Origin: Minisyncoccota bacterium
Lineage (GTDB): Bacteria > Patescibacteriota > Minisyncoccia > Phycocordibacterales > Phycocordibacteraceae
Assembly (NCBI GenBank): GCA_036517735.1
Contig: DATDUD010000020.1
Coordinates: 1 to 54,048 of the forward strand
Direction of reading: 5' to 3'
DNA length: 54,048 bases
Below the pieces are notes generated by a model, which saw nothing but the letters and a program-made list of their open reading frames with translations, did not search any database and was not told the DNA's origin. The position numbers and the translations under genes were made by a program. Shown piece after piece: positions 8,302 to 17,997 of the stretch (its first letter is position 1; the number at the start of each line of letters is the position of its first letter).

Positions 8302-10266
8302 CTACCAGATCTTAGCCCTTGAGCCTGGCGGACGGTATAGCTTGTCTCCACTCTTAACGCCGAAAGATTCATAGAATTCGGGAAGATTCGAAGCCGGACC
8401 ATTGATGCGGAACGTGCCGGGTGCATGCTGGTCAGTGAGCACCTGCATCTTCTCAAATTCTGGACGAACGTTCTCACATTCGAAGACCGCAAAGCCAAGA
8501 AAAAACCGTTGGGTCGGTGAGAATCCGGCAATATCCGTCTTAGCGTCCCTCGCGGCGCGAAGACGGTATGCATCAAGAGCGATTGCCGCTCCTCCAAGAT
8601 CAGCAATGTTCTCGCCGAGCGTAAGCTTGCCATTTACCTTTACGTTATCGGCAACCTTATATTGATCAAACTGCTTTCTCAGAACTTCGGCACGCTTCTC
8701 AAAACGTTTCCTGTCTGCAGGAGTCCACCAGCTTTTAAGATTACCCTTTGCGTCGAACTGCGATCCTTGGTCGTCGAACCCATGCGTTATCTCATGCCCG
8801 ATCACTGCACCAATTGTTCCGTAGTTGACTGCGTTATCTGAATCGAGACTGAAGAAGGGAGGTTGCAGTATGGCAGCAGGAAAGACTATATCGTTCATGT
8901 TCGGCGAGAAGTACGCGTTTACGGTTTGGGGATACATGAACCATTCGCCCCGGTCGACCGGCTTCCCAAGCTTGCGCATCTGTCGCCGATGCTCATACGC
9001 AGTGACGCGCATAATATTTCCTACGTAGTCGTCTTCACGGATGATAAGTCCGTGGTACGACTTCCATTTGTCCGGATAGCCAATCTTTCGGTTAAGGGCC
9101 TTGAGCTTTTGGACGGCTTTCCTTTTCGTTGAAGGACTCATCCAGTCTAGCGCTGCAATGCGATTCTCATACGCCGCAAACAGATCATCCACGAGCTCTT
9201 CCATTCTCTTCTTGGCTTCCGGAGGAAAATGCTTTTCCACATAGATACGTCCCAGCACCTCGCCAAGACCACCGTTAACCGTTGTGAGTACTCGGCGCCA
9301 AAGGGGCCGCATGTGTTTTGCTCCGGTCAGTACTTTTCCATAGAAAGAGAAGCTTAGACGTTTAAAGCGTGCGGTGAGTGCTCCAGCATAATCATTCACT
9401 AGATGCCATTCGATGTATTGCTTCCATGATTCAAGCGGAATCGTAGTGAGCATCTCGGAAGCGGCTTCTAGGAACTTAGGCTGGTTAACAATCACAGAAG
9501 TCAATTTTCCCGCACCAATACGCTTCAAGTAGGGTTGCCAGTCAACGGCCGGGGCGAGCTTTTGAAGTTCTGTAATACGAAGTTTGTGATACGTCTTATG
9601 CGGATCGCGGAGATCCTCTTTTCTCATTGAGATTCGAGCAAGCTTAGTTTCTATCTCAAGATGCGTCTTGGCCTGAAGTCGCGCCTCCTGCGTGCTCCTC
9701 CCCATAAAACGATACAGAGCTTCAACATACGTTGTATATGCTGTCCTCACGCGCATAGACTCTGGATCGTCCTTTAGATAATAATCCCTATCCGGAAGCC
9801 CAAGGCCGCCCTGTCCAATGCGCAACGCATACTTCGTACTGTCCTTATCATCCTGGTCGAGCATCGTTACCCAAGGCACCTCAACTCCTATATGTGAGAA
9901 GTCCGCAAAAATACGCGCAAGATCTTTCAGTGTCGCACTCTTAACAATCTGCTTCCTGTACTTCGCGAGCGGTGCGATTCCAAGAGAATTGCGACGGCTC
10001 ATATCGATTCCCGAGCGATAAAAATCACGGATAATCTGTTCCGGACTCCCCTTAACTACACGCTTGCGCGACAGCAGTTCGTTCATAATGGTTCGAAGCT
10101 GCCGATCTACGTTGTACCGAAGCTTTATAAACGTTCCCCAACGGGATTCACTTGCCGGGATAGGGTTGTTCTTCATCCATCCTCCGTTTGTGTATCGGAA
10201 AAAGTCGTCCTGGGGTCGGACACGTGTATCCATATTTTTAGTATCAAATCCCCATTTCTTACTCAT
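8302..10266 (-). CDS. pepO: M13 family zinc metallopeptidase (PepO / neprilysin-like)
   Basis: HEITHGFDDQG (HExxH), GENIADLGG and NAYFSP motifs over about 650 aa. Start trimmed to ATG 10266, which lies 7 nt after a TATACT box on the minus strand. Confidence 0.93.
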   Translation of the reverse strand: MSKKWGFDTKNMDTRVRPQDDFFRYTNGGWMKNNPIPASESRWGTFIKLRYNVDRQLRTIMNELLSRKRVVKGSPEQIIRDFYRSGIDMSRRNSLGIAPLAKYRKQIVKSATLKDLARIFADFSHIGVEVPWVTMLDQDDKDSTKYALRIGQGGLGLPDRDYYLKDDPESMRVRTAYTTYVEALYRFMGRSTQEARLQAKTHLEIETKLARISMRKEDLRDPHKTYHKLRITELQKLAPAVDWQPYLKRIGAGKLTSVIVNQPKFLEAASEMLTTIPLESWKQYIEWHLVNDYAGALTARFKRLSFSFYGKVLTGAKHMRPLWRRVLTTVNGGLGEVLGRIYVEKHFPPEAKKRMEELVDDLFAAYENRIAALDWMSPSTKRKAVQKLKALNRKIGYPDKWKSYHGLIIREDDYVGNIMRVTAYEHRRQMRKLGKPVDRGEWFMYPQTVNAYFSPNMNDIVFPAAILQPPFFSLDSDNAVNYGTIGAVIGHEITHGFDDQGSQFDAKGNLKSWWTPADRKRFEKRAEVLRKQFDQYKVADNVKVNGKLTLGENIADLGGAAIALDAYRLRAARDAKTDIAGFSPTQRFFLGFAVFECENVRPEFEKMQVLTDQHAPGTFRINGPASNLPEFYESFGVKSGDKLYRPPGSRAKIW

Positions 10267-10304
10267 AGCGAAGAGTATACAGGGCATGCTATCGTCATAC
10301 CACT

Positions 10305-12212
10305 ATGACCGTATCGGAAGTACGAAGCAGATACCTCGCATTCTTCAAAGAACGCGGACACGCCATAATTCCTTCTGCTCCCATCGTGCCCGGGAACGAT
10401 TCGACGACCCTCTTCACCTCCTCGGGCATGCAGCCCTTGGTGCCGTACCTTCTCGGACAACCTCATCCTGACGGTACCCGACTGGCTAACTCTCAGACCT
10501 CCTTCCGTGCCGAAGACATCGAGGAGGTTGGCGACAACCGGCACACGACGTTCTTCGAAATGCTCGGCAACTGGTCTCTTGGTGACTATTTTAAACAGGA
10601 ACAGCTCCCTTGGATATTCGAATTCCTCACGAGTAATGAAGTCGGGCTTGGTTTTGATCCTGCAAAGTTGTACGTGACCGTTTTCGATGGAGATAAGGAG
10701 GCGGGAATGGACCTCGATACTGAGTCAGTTGATATATGGAAAAAACTCTTCAATGAGAAGGGTTTAGATGCAGAACTCGTGCGCATAGGGACAGAGGAAG
10801 AGGGGTATGCGAAGGGGATGCAGGGAGGACGTATCTTTTCGTACGGCTCTAAGAAGAACTGGTGGAGTCGCTCGGGAGTGCCTGCGAACATGCCGGCAGG
10901 AGAACCGGGAGGCCCTGATTCAGAGATATTCTATGACTTCGATACACCGCATGACCCTACATGGGGGAAACACTGCCATGTGAACTGTGACTGCGGTCGT
11001 TTCGTTGAGATCGGCAATTCTGTCTTCATGGAGTATGTAAAGAACGCGGATGGTTCCTTCTCCGAACTTCCGAAGAAAAACGTTGACTTCGGCGGCGGTC
11101 TTGAACGCATCACGGCAACGAGTCTGAATCAGTCGGATGTGTTCCTTATAGACGTATTCAGTGATGCCGTTAGGGTGCTCGAGGAACGGAGCGGAAAGAA
11201 ATACATAGAGGCGCAAACATCCTTCCGCATAGTGCTTGACCACGTGCGCGCAGCATCCTTCATGCTCGCAGATGGCGTCATTCCTTCAAATACAGAGGCG
11301 GGATATATCCTCCGCCGCCTCATACGCCGTGCTATACGTCACTCAGATGCTCTCGGCATCGAGGAGGCATCGCTTGCAGATGTCGCGGAGGGATTCGGAA
11401 AAGTGTATGAAGATGCGTATCCGGAGCTTGCAAACAAGGCCAACTTTATACGAACAGAACTTGAAAAGGAGGAAGCTAAGTTTCGTAGGACCCTTAAGCA
11501 AGGCATGCGGGAGTTCGAGAAGCTTGCAAAAAAGGGAAGCCTCTCGGGACATGGTGCTTTTGTCCTCTTCTCCAGCTACGGCTTCCCTATAGAGATAACT
11601 GAGGAGCTTGCAAAGGAACGGGGTATTGAGATAGATGTTGCTGCTTTCCGTGCAGAAATGGAAGAACATCAGGCGAAGTCCCGCACTGCCTCCGAAGGGC
11701 GCTTCAAGGGAGGACTAGCGGATCACAGCGATGTCACGGTTAGGTATCATACTTCGCACCACCTTCTTCTTGCTGCTCTCCGCAAGATACTTGGTGACTC
11801 AGTTCACCAGCGCGGCAGCAATATCACGCAGGAGCGCGTACGCCTCGACTTTTCATTTGATAGGAAACTCACTCCTGAAGAAGTGGCTGAAGTAGAAAAC
11901 CTTGTGAACGAAAAGATACAAGAAGAACTTCCGGTCTTTGCGACACCAATGCCGAAAGAGGAGGCAATGAAGCTTGGTGCCGAACAGGAGTTCGGGGTTA
12001 AGTACGGAGATCAGGTGACGGTGTATTCGATGGGCCCTAAAGATGCGACTGCAGAAAACCCTAAATTTAGTGAATCATTCTCTATTGAATTCTGCGGAGG
12101 TCCTCATGTATCAAATACGAAGGAGCTCGCAGACGGAGGAAAGTCGTTCAGGATCGTAAAAGAGGAGTCGGTTGCGGCGGGCATAAGAAGGATTAGGGCG
12201 GTATTGACGTAA
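10305..12212 (+). CDS. alaS: alanine--tRNA ligase, short form without C-Ala domain
   Basis: N-terminal FFKERGH...SSGMQPLVPYLLG...RHTTFFEMLGNWS catalytic core. Editing-domain motifs HHLLLAAL and CGGPHV. The ORF ends right after the editing domain at 635 aa. Confidence 0.93.
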   Translation: MTVSEVRSRYLAFFKERGHAIIPSAPIVPGNDSTTLFTSSGMQPLVPYLLGQPHPDGTRLANSQTSFRAEDIEEVGDNRHTTFFEMLGNWSLGDYFKQEQLPWIFEFLTSNEVGLGFDPAKLYVTVFDGDKEAGMDLDTESVDIWKKLFNEKGLDAELVRIGTEEEGYAKGMQGGRIFSYGSKKNWWSRSGVPANMPAGEPGGPDSEIFYDFDTPHDPTWGKHCHVNCDCGRFVEIGNSVFMEYVKNADGSFSELPKKNVDFGGGLERITATSLNQSDVFLIDVFSDAVRVLEERSGKKYIEAQTSFRIVLDHVRAASFMLADGVIPSNTEAGYILRRLIRRAIRHSDALGIEEASLADVAEGFGKVYEDAYPELANKANFIRTELEKEEAKFRRTLKQGMREFEKLAKKGSLSGHGAFVLFSSYGFPIEITEELAKERGIEIDVAAFRAEMEEHQAKSRTASEGRFKGGLADHSDVTVRYHTSHHLLLAALRKILGDSVHQRGSNITQERVRLDFSFDRKLTPEEVAEVENLVNEKIQEELPVFATPMPKEEAMKLGAEQEFGVKYGDQVTVYSMGPKDATAENPKFSESFSIEFCGGPHVSNTKELADGGKSFRIVKEESVAAGIRRIRAVLT

Positions 12213-12387
12213 AAGTTCGAAACCTGGTCAGCTAGCACGAGTCAGCGCAGTCAGTATCGAGAGATCAGAGAGCGTCAGAAATCGTGCACAAGGCTACTAA
12301 CACACTCCTTGTTAAGGAGTGCCATATGTTAGTGGCCCTGTGCAACATTGCCCGAGTCGGTTACCGGGTCCGCTATACTATCTCCAC

Positions 12388-13401
12388 ATGTGGTTCTCAA
12401 AGCCTAGCGGCGGCAGCTCTGCTGCACTCATCGACATCAGCTCCTCGAGCGTCGCTGGCGCCCTCGTGCGACTGGAGGAAGGCAAGGCTCCTTCCCTCTG
12501 CTATACCGTGCGTATTCCCCTTGAAGGAAGCGGGAAAGACCTTACCGCAGAGGCTCTTCATGCCCTTGAAGAGGTGGGGAATAGGCTAGTGCGCGAAGGG
12601 GCTCCTGCGCTCCGCGCCACTGTCGGGGAAGGGCACGTAGGCAAGGTGCTGGTCTCGCTTGGGAAGCCCTGGCAAGAGACCACCATCGAAACGAAAAGGG
12701 TTCAGAAGGTAACGCCGTTCACATATACGAGAAGTTTTACGACCAACCTTCTCGGTCCCGCGGTGGACGTTTCAGGCAGAAGCGTCACGCGCACCGTTAT
12801 CGCAACCCTTCTGAACGGATACCTCACTCTCGATCCGTACGGCAAGGAGGCTAAGCGGGCCGAGGTCATCGTTCTCTCGACCTCTCTCGAGAACGACATT
12901 GTCGACTCTGCTGAAAAGATACTGCGGTCCTGCTTTCATACTCGCGACATACGCTATACCTCTTTCCTTGAGCATGCGTATCACGCACTCCAGTCCCTGT
13001 ACCCGTACGAAAAGGATTTTATCCTCATGTCCGTAACAAAGGATGCAACTGAGGCCATTTCAGTAAAGCGGGGATACTTACTTGATGCTGGAAGTATTTC
13101 TTGCGGTTCGCGCACCTTCGGCACCGCAAAGGAATGCGTTGATTCTCTTTCCAGACTTCTGCGCGAGTTTGCCGCACGGCATGCCCTCCCGCGTACCGTC
13201 TTCGTACTTGCGGATGAGGCGGAAATAGTGAAGGGGGCCCTTAGCGATTCTTCCCTACACGCGCTTTGGCTTTCGGACGTGCCGATCTCGACGATTCCTA
13301 TACAGGCCTCCCATTTCTCGGGCATGGTATCAACCCAGGGATTTGCAGAAGGCGACGCAAGGCTCGCCATGCTCGCCCTTGCAGCTATGCGGAAAGTCTA
13401 A
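12388..13401 (+). CDS. hypothetical protein, possible actin-fold (FtsA/PilM-like) ATPase
   Basis: ORF 12319..13401 trimmed to ATG 12388, 8 nt after TATACT (12374-12379). The N-terminal ALIDISSSSVAGALV resembles the phosphate-1 motif of actin-like ATPases. The functional assignment is weak. Confidence 0.7.
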   Translation: MWFSKPSGGSSAALIDISSSSVAGALVRLEEGKAPSLCYTVRIPLEGSGKDLTAEALHALEEVGNRLVREGAPALRATVGEGHVGKVLVSLGKPWQETTIETKRVQKVTPFTYTRSFTTNLLGPAVDVSGRSVTRTVIATLLNGYLTLDPYGKEAKRAEVIVLSTSLENDIVDSAEKILRSCFHTRDIRYTSFLEHAYHALQSLYPYEKDFILMSVTKDATEAISVKRGYLLDAGSISCGSRTFGTAKECVDSLSRLLREFAARHALPRTVFVLADEAEIVKGALSDSSLHALWLSDVPISTIPIQASHFSGMVSTQGFAEGDARLAMLALAAMRKV

Positions 13402-13482
13402 TGCACACGCCCAGACGGCGGGGCTTGCCCTTGGGGTATACTTAACGGCATAGCAGGGGCATAATCGGCAAGGTTTTACTAT

Positions 13483-14763
13483 ATGAACAAAAAGATCACG
13501 GATATCATTCCGCCATCGCGCCGTCGCGCAATGGAGCTTGAAGATGCGGCATCCAATCCGACTCCCGACTACGTTCCACCTCTGGCACCTCTCCCGCCGC
13601 CGCCTCCGCGACCTCTTTCAGACCGTCCCATGCCCATGCCGGGTGGGCGTCGCCGCTTCCCTTACGGAACCGCCCTTATAGTCCTCCTTATCGTCCTTCT
13701 TTCTGTTGGAGCAATGTACTGGTTCTCAGGTGCTGAAGTGAAGGTGGCCCCCGAATCAAACAGCGCCTTTGTTACGGGCGACTTTACTGCAACTGCAGGA
13801 GGAGGCGACCTTCCGTTCGAGATCATCACGGTCGAGAAGACTGCGGGCACGCCGGTACCTGCCGAGTCTACTGAAATGGCTAACGATCCGGCCTCGGGAA
13901 GGATCGTCATTTCGAACGCACAGGCAAGCCCTCAAACTCTTATAAAGAACACCCGCTTTGAGAGCCCGAACGGTCTCATATACCGCATCCAGGACTCCAT
14001 AACTATTCCTGCGGGTTCGGTAGCTAATCCAGGGACACTTGAAGTAACTGTGTATGCAGACGCAGGAGGGGACTCGTATAACATCGGTCCGGCCGCCTTC
14101 ACAGTTCCGGGACTTAAGGGATCAGCTTCCTTTGACCTTGTTACGGCAAAGTCGAGTGGTCCCATGACTGGCGGCTTCTCAGGAGAACGGGCAAGTGTCG
14201 GTACCGCAACTCGTGAGGCACAAGACACCAAGAACCGTGCTGCACTTGAGACCTCTCTTCGAGAAGGTATGCAAGAGGCTCTTCCTGATGGATATATCCT
14301 TGTTCCAGGTGCGTCGTTCGTATCGTATACACCTACTCCTGATACTACTGGACGCGACAGCACCGTTACGGTCACCACAAAGGGAACCATGACTGCGGTG
14401 GTCTTCCCGCAATCAGCTCTTGCAAAGAGTATTGCGTACAAAGTGGTGGGTTCGTATGCAGGCCAACCCATCTCCATTCCAAGTGCAGAGGGCCTGACCC
14501 TGACCTCGTCCATTGAAGGGGCTCCGGTTGGACTCGAGACCTTCACCTTCGCGCTTAACGGCAACACGACCCTTGTATGGGACATTGACCCTACAAGGAT
14601 CGCGGGAGCAGTTGCAGGGAAGTCGCGCGATGCTGCGAAGAGCATTCTTCAGAGCTTCCCAGAGGTTTCGTCGGCAACTCTAGTACTTAGGCCTTTCTGG
14701 GCAAGCACCTTTCCGGATGATCCGGCTAACATAAAGGTGACGACGGAGGCTGTGGGGGAGTAG
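13483..14763 (+). CDS. hypothetical membrane-anchored protein with Pro-rich N-terminus
   Basis: 426-aa ORF. Pro-rich stretch PPLAPLPPPPPRP, then one TM helix (ALIVLLIVLLSVGAMYW), then a Thr/Ser/Gly-rich extracytoplasmic region. No family recognised. Confidence 0.75.
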   Translation: MNKKITDIIPPSRRRAMELEDAASNPTPDYVPPLAPLPPPPPRPLSDRPMPMPGGRRRFPYGTALIVLLIVLLSVGAMYWFSGAEVKVAPESNSAFVTGDFTATAGGGDLPFEIITVEKTAGTPVPAESTEMANDPASGRIVISNAQASPQTLIKNTRFESPNGLIYRIQDSITIPAGSVANPGTLEVTVYADAGGDSYNIGPAAFTVPGLKGSASFDLVTAKSSGPMTGGFSGERASVGTATREAQDTKNRAALETSLREGMQEALPDGYILVPGASFVSYTPTPDTTGRDSTVTVTTKGTMTAVVFPQSALAKSIAYKVVGSYAGQPISIPSAEGLTLTSSIEGAPVGLETFTFALNGNTTLVWDIDPTRIAGAVAGKSRDAAKSILQSFPEVSSATLVLRPFWASTFPDDPANIKVTTEAVGE

Positions 14764-14789
14764 TTAAGAACATAAGCGGCAGCAATACG

Positions 14790-14819
14790 AAAGCGCCCGG
14801 TCCGAAGACCGAGCGCTTT
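14790..14819. terminator. bidirectional terminator-like hairpin
   Basis: AAAGCGC-cc-GGTC-CGAA-GACC-ga-GCGCTTT, flanked by an A-run and a T-run, between convergent ORFs. Confidence 0.55.
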
Positions 14820-14831
14820 GCTGATAAGTGA

Positions 14832-14996
14832 TCAGCTTCTCGAAGAACGAGCAGCCCAGACAGTGGACGCCCCGTAGAGCGCGTAGCCCAAACGGGAAAT
14901 CCAGTCGTTCAGGGAGGGGTCGGTCAGATCGAGAACCACATTGTTTAGCAGGGTCATAGTGAACGCCCCACCAAGAATCACAACAAGAAACTTCAT
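14832..14996 (-). CDS. possible small membrane/secreted peptide (54 aa)
   Basis: My own translation, below the ORF-track cutoff: MKFLVVILGGAFTMTLLNNVVLDLTDPSLNDWISRLGYALYGASTVWAARSSRS. Hydrophobic N-terminus. Ends just before the 14790-14819 hairpin. Confidence 0.3.
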   Translation of the reverse strand: MKFLVVILGGAFTMTLLNNVVLDLTDPSLNDWISRLGYALYGASTVWAARSSRS

Positions 14997-15144
14997 TGTT
15001 TCTGCCCATCCTTTGGGCGATGAGAATGAATTGAACAGGGGTACTTCGTATGATATATGCCATGCACTTAAAGGATGTCAACGCCTAAGGACGCGGTTCA
15101 GAATTACAGATTAAATCCAGGGAGTTCTTCGTTCCACCCAGCAT

Positions 15145-15174
15145 TTGACGCTTTTTCCCGCTTCATGCTATTAT
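15145..15174 (+). promoter_or_regulatory. promoter of the infA-ribosomal protein operon (TTGACG-18-TATTAT, extended TG)
   Basis: TTGACG at 15145-15150, TG at 15166-15167, TATTAT at 15169-15174. It lies 13 nt before the infA ATG. Confidence 0.6.
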
Positions 15175-15187
15175 CCTTAAGCCACAC

Positions 15188-15400
15188 ATGGAGGAAAGCA
15201 AGGCGGAAGGACCAATAGGCACTGTAGAAGAAGTGCTCCCTAATTCGCTGTTTCGCGTGCGCTTGCCCGATGGAGAGCTAAAACTTTCTTATCTCGCAGG
15301 AAAGATGCGGTTACACCGCATCCGAGTCCTGGTCGGAGATAAGGTAGAGTTGGTGATCGATCCGTACGGCGGCAAAGCTCGCATTGTGAGGCGACACTAA
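15188..15400 (+). CDS. infA: translation initiation factor IF-1
   Basis: 70-aa S1-like OB fold: GTVEEVLPNSLFRVRLPDG...AGKMRLHRIRVLVGDKV. Confidence 0.95.
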   Translation: MEESKAEGPIGTVEEVLPNSLFRVRLPDGELKLSYLAGKMRLHRIRVLVGDKVELVIDPYGGKARIVRRH

Positions 15401-15517
15401 ATGAAAGTACGCGCATCAATCAAAGTTCAACAGCCGGGAGATATCATCGTCCGCCGTCGCGGGCGCTTGTATCGTATAAATAAAAGGAATCCCCGCAGGA
15501 AAGCACGTCAGGGCTAG
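15401..15517 (+). CDS. rpmJ: 50S ribosomal protein L36, Cys-less (type B / YkgO-like) form
   Basis: My own translation, below the ORF-track cutoff: [38 protein letters not shown]. Sits in the canonical position between infA and rpsM. Confidence 0.9.
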   Translation: MKVRASIKVQQPGDIIVRRRGRLYRINKRNPRRKARQG

Positions 15518-15558
15518 TTTTAATAGGTTATTTATCCATTCTATTCATTAGTAATCTT

Positions 15559-15939
15559 ATGCGTATCGCCGGAGTAACCCTTCCAGATAAAAAGCAGCTT
15601 GCATACTCGCTGCCTCTTATCTATGGCATCGGCCCTACCCGTGCCCTTGAGATCCTCAAGCAGGCAAAGGTAGCCCCCAACAAAAAGGGCAGCGAGCTCA
15701 CCGCTGATGAGGAGCAGACGATACGCACGCTCGCCGAAGGCTTCACCATCGAGGGGGAACTTCGTCGCGAGGTATCCCAGAACATCAAGCGCCTTAAGGA
15801 CATTCGTTCCGATCGGGGCGTCCGCCATGAGCGTCGTCTTCCGGTTAAAGGACAGCGCACAAAGACCAACTCACGAACCGTTCGTGGGAACACCCGCAAG
15901 ACCATGGGTTCGGGACGCCGCACGCTTGAAAAGACCTAG
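15559..15939 (+). CDS. rpsM: 30S ribosomal protein S13
   Basis: MRIAGVTLP...IYGIGPTRALEIL plus conserved operon position. Confidence 0.97.
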   Translation: MRIAGVTLPDKKQLAYSLPLIYGIGPTRALEILKQAKVAPNKKGSELTADEEQTIRTLAEGFTIEGELRREVSQNIKRLKDIRSDRGVRHERRLPVKGQRTKTNSRTVRGNTRKTMGSGRRTLEKT

Positions 15940-15942
15940 AGT

Positions 15943-16377
15943 ATGGGAAAGAAACGAATCATCAAGAAGTCAGGCAAGGGACTCGACCAGGGACGCAAGG
16001 ACCGGGCACTCTCTAAGGCAGTTAAGAAGCGCATCGAGCGCGGCGTCCTTCACGTTGAGGCAACCTTCAACAACACGAAGGTCGTGCTCACCGACGACAA
16101 GGGCAATGCGATCATTTCCTCTTCTTCAGGGGCATTGGGCTTCTCCGGTGCCCGCAAGTCCACTCCGTACGCAGCAACTAAGGTGGGCGAACTCATCGGC
16201 GAGCGCGCACAGACCATCGGCCTCAAGGAAGCATCCGTCATCATCCGCGGAGTGGGCGCAGGACGCGAGTCCGCGCTCCGCGGATTTGCGGCAAAGGGCA
16301 TCAGCATCCGCTCTATTAAGGACGTGACTCCGGTGCCTCATAACGGACCGCGTCCTAAGAAGCCCCGCCGCGTATAG
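15943..16377 (+). CDS. rpsK: 30S ribosomal protein S11
   Basis: HVEATFNNTKVVLTD..GNAI...GFSGARKSTPYAA signature. Confidence 0.97.
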   Translation: MGKKRIIKKSGKGLDQGRKDRALSKAVKKRIERGVLHVEATFNNTKVVLTDDKGNAIISSSSGALGFSGARKSTPYAATKVGELIGERAQTIGLKEASVIIRGVGAGRESALRGFAAKGISIRSIKDVTPVPHNGPRPKKPRRV

Positions 16378-16380
16378 CCT

Positions 16381-16998
16381 ATGAAAATCGGACCTAAGTA
16401 CAAAATCGCCAAGCGTCTCGGAGCATCCGTCTTCGAGAAGACGCAGACCCAGAAGTTCGCTATTGCCCAGGAGCGCCGCGCTGTCGTAAAGCGCGGTCGG
16501 GGACGTGGGCCGACCGAGTTCGGCCGCCAACTCCTCGAGAAGCAGAAAGTGCGCTTCACGTACGGACTTACCGAGCGCAAGTTCTCGGGATACGTACAGG
16601 CCGCCATCAAGGCGAACGCCAAGGATGTGAACCCCGCCGAGGTCCTGCACCGTTCGCTTGAAACCCGTCTTGATAACGTGGTGTACCGCCTCGGGCTTGC
16701 CCCGACGAGGCAGGCATCCCGCCAAATGGTCTCGCACGGCCACATAACTGTGGACGGGCGCCGCACGACCGTGCCGTCGCGGGAAGTTAAGATCGGCGAC
16801 GTCATCGGCGTGCGCGAGGGAAGCAAGAGCCGCGTGCTTTTCGAGAACCTCGAAGAGCGCTTCGCGGAGCGGAGTATGCCGTCCTGGCTCACCTTCGATG
16901 CGAAGGCGATGACGGGAGGTATCTCGCAGCAACCGACCGCCGAGTCTGCTAGCCCAGCGGGCGACCTGTCGGAAGTGCTTTCGTTCTACAGCCGTTAG
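16381..16998 (+). CDS. rpsD: 30S ribosomal protein S4
   Basis: N-terminal [11 protein letters not shown] and a C-terminal S4 RNA-binding domain ([30 protein letters not shown]). Confidence 0.97.
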   Translation: MKIGPKYKIAKRLGASVFEKTQTQKFAIAQERRAVVKRGRGRGPTEFGRQLLEKQKVRFTYGLTERKFSGYVQAAIKANAKDVNPAEVLHRSLETRLDNVVYRLGLAPTRQASRQMVSHGHITVDGRRTTVPSREVKIGDVIGVREGSKSRVLFENLEERFAERSMPSWLTFDAKAMTGGISQQPTAESASPAGDLSEVLSFYSR

Positions 16999-17029
16999 TT
17001 TTATTACCCAGGTTAATTACGATTGAGTT

Positions 17030-17977
17030 ATGGAATACCAAGTCACTTTGCCATCCAAGCCCCGCGTTGTCTCTGAAGAGGCAAACCAAGGCGTTTATGA
17101 AATAGATTCGCTGTATCCCGGATACGGACACACGCTCGGAAACTCGCTCCGCCGCATTATCCTTTCATCCCTCTCTGGAGCAGCCATCACCTCAGTCAAG
17201 ATTGATGAGGTGCCCCATGAGTTCGCAACCATCGAAGGCGTGCGCGAGTCCGTCATGGAAGTGCTTCTTAACCTTAAGCGCGTCCACTTCGTTCTTCACG
17301 GAGATGAGCCTCAGACCGTGCGCCTTTCCGTAAAGGGACCGAAAACCATCACTGCAGCCGACTTCACGATGCCGTCCCAGGTCGAGATCGCTAATCCCGA
17401 CCAGTACATTGCCGACATCGCAGGGAAGATTCCCTTTGAGCTTGAGGCGACCATCGAGCGCGGTCTCGGATACGTACCTCGCGAGATGCTCACGAAGGAG
17501 AAGGTCGACATCGGCACCATCGCTCTTGACGCCACCTTCACTCCCATCCGCCGCGTGAACTACGAAGTAGAGAACATGCGCGTCGGCGACCGCACGGACT
17601 TCAACCGTCTCCGCATTCTCATTGAGACCAACGGTGCCGTCGGTCCCCGCGAGGCTCTTGAGCGCTCGATCGAGATCATGATCCACCAGCTTAAGTCCGT
17701 CATCGGCTTCCAGGAGGAGGTCGAAGAGGCACCTGCAAAGAGGAGTGCTTCGTCTGACACCGAAGGATCCAAGGACGGAGCGAAGACTAAGATCGAGGAC
17801 CTCAATCTCGGCTCCCGCATCACCACCTCGCTCACCGAAGCGGGTATAAAGAGCGTTGCAGGACTTGTGAAGAAGACTCCGTCAGCGCTTCGTGAGCTCG
17901 ACGGCATCGGCGACAAGGCCGTAGCCGAGATAAGCGAAGCACTTGCAAAGCTCGAGATGAGCTTGAAAGGTGAATAA
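17030..17977 (+). CDS. rpoA: DNA-directed RNA polymerase subunit alpha
   Basis: N-terminal domain (GYGHTLGNSLRRILLSS), a C-terminal HhH domain, and operon context. Confidence 0.97.
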   Translation: MEYQVTLPSKPRVVSEEANQGVYEIDSLYPGYGHTLGNSLRRIILSSLSGAAITSVKIDEVPHEFATIEGVRESVMEVLLNLKRVHFVLHGDEPQTVRLSVKGPKTITAADFTMPSQVEIANPDQYIADIAGKIPFELEATIERGLGYVPREMLTKEKVDIGTIALDATFTPIRRVNYEVENMRVGDRTDFNRLRILIETNGAVGPREALERSIEIMIHQLKSVIGFQEEVEEAPAKRSASSDTEGSKDGAKTKIEDLNLGSRITTSLTEAGIKSVAGLVKKTPSALRELDGIGDKAVAEISEALAKLEMSLKGE

Positions 17978-17997
17978 ATACAAGGTATAGGTAGCGT

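Noticed and set aside
8299-8304. ung and pepO stop codons abut exactly (TAG|CTA) with zero intergenic spacing and no terminator.
   Set aside because: This is real but probably just genome compaction between convergent genes. It carries no further signal.
13932-14645. Long antisense ORFs in the track, including 13932..14645, 16126..16932, 17560..18159, 21757..22365, 23222..23911, 23893..24546, 35675..36277 and 45732..46385 (all minus strand).
   Set aside because: Each lies entirely opposite a confidently identified or better-supported gene. Their compositions are Ser/Arg/Pro/Ala-rich and low in complexity, typical of shadow frames. None has promoter or start signals of the type seen at real genes here.
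14764-15081. 105-aa minus-strand ORF from the track.
   Set aside because: Its sequence is Cys/Arg-rich and improbable, and it runs across the bidirectional hairpin. A shorter 54-aa reading in another frame (14832..14996) fits the terminator better and is reported at low confidence instead.
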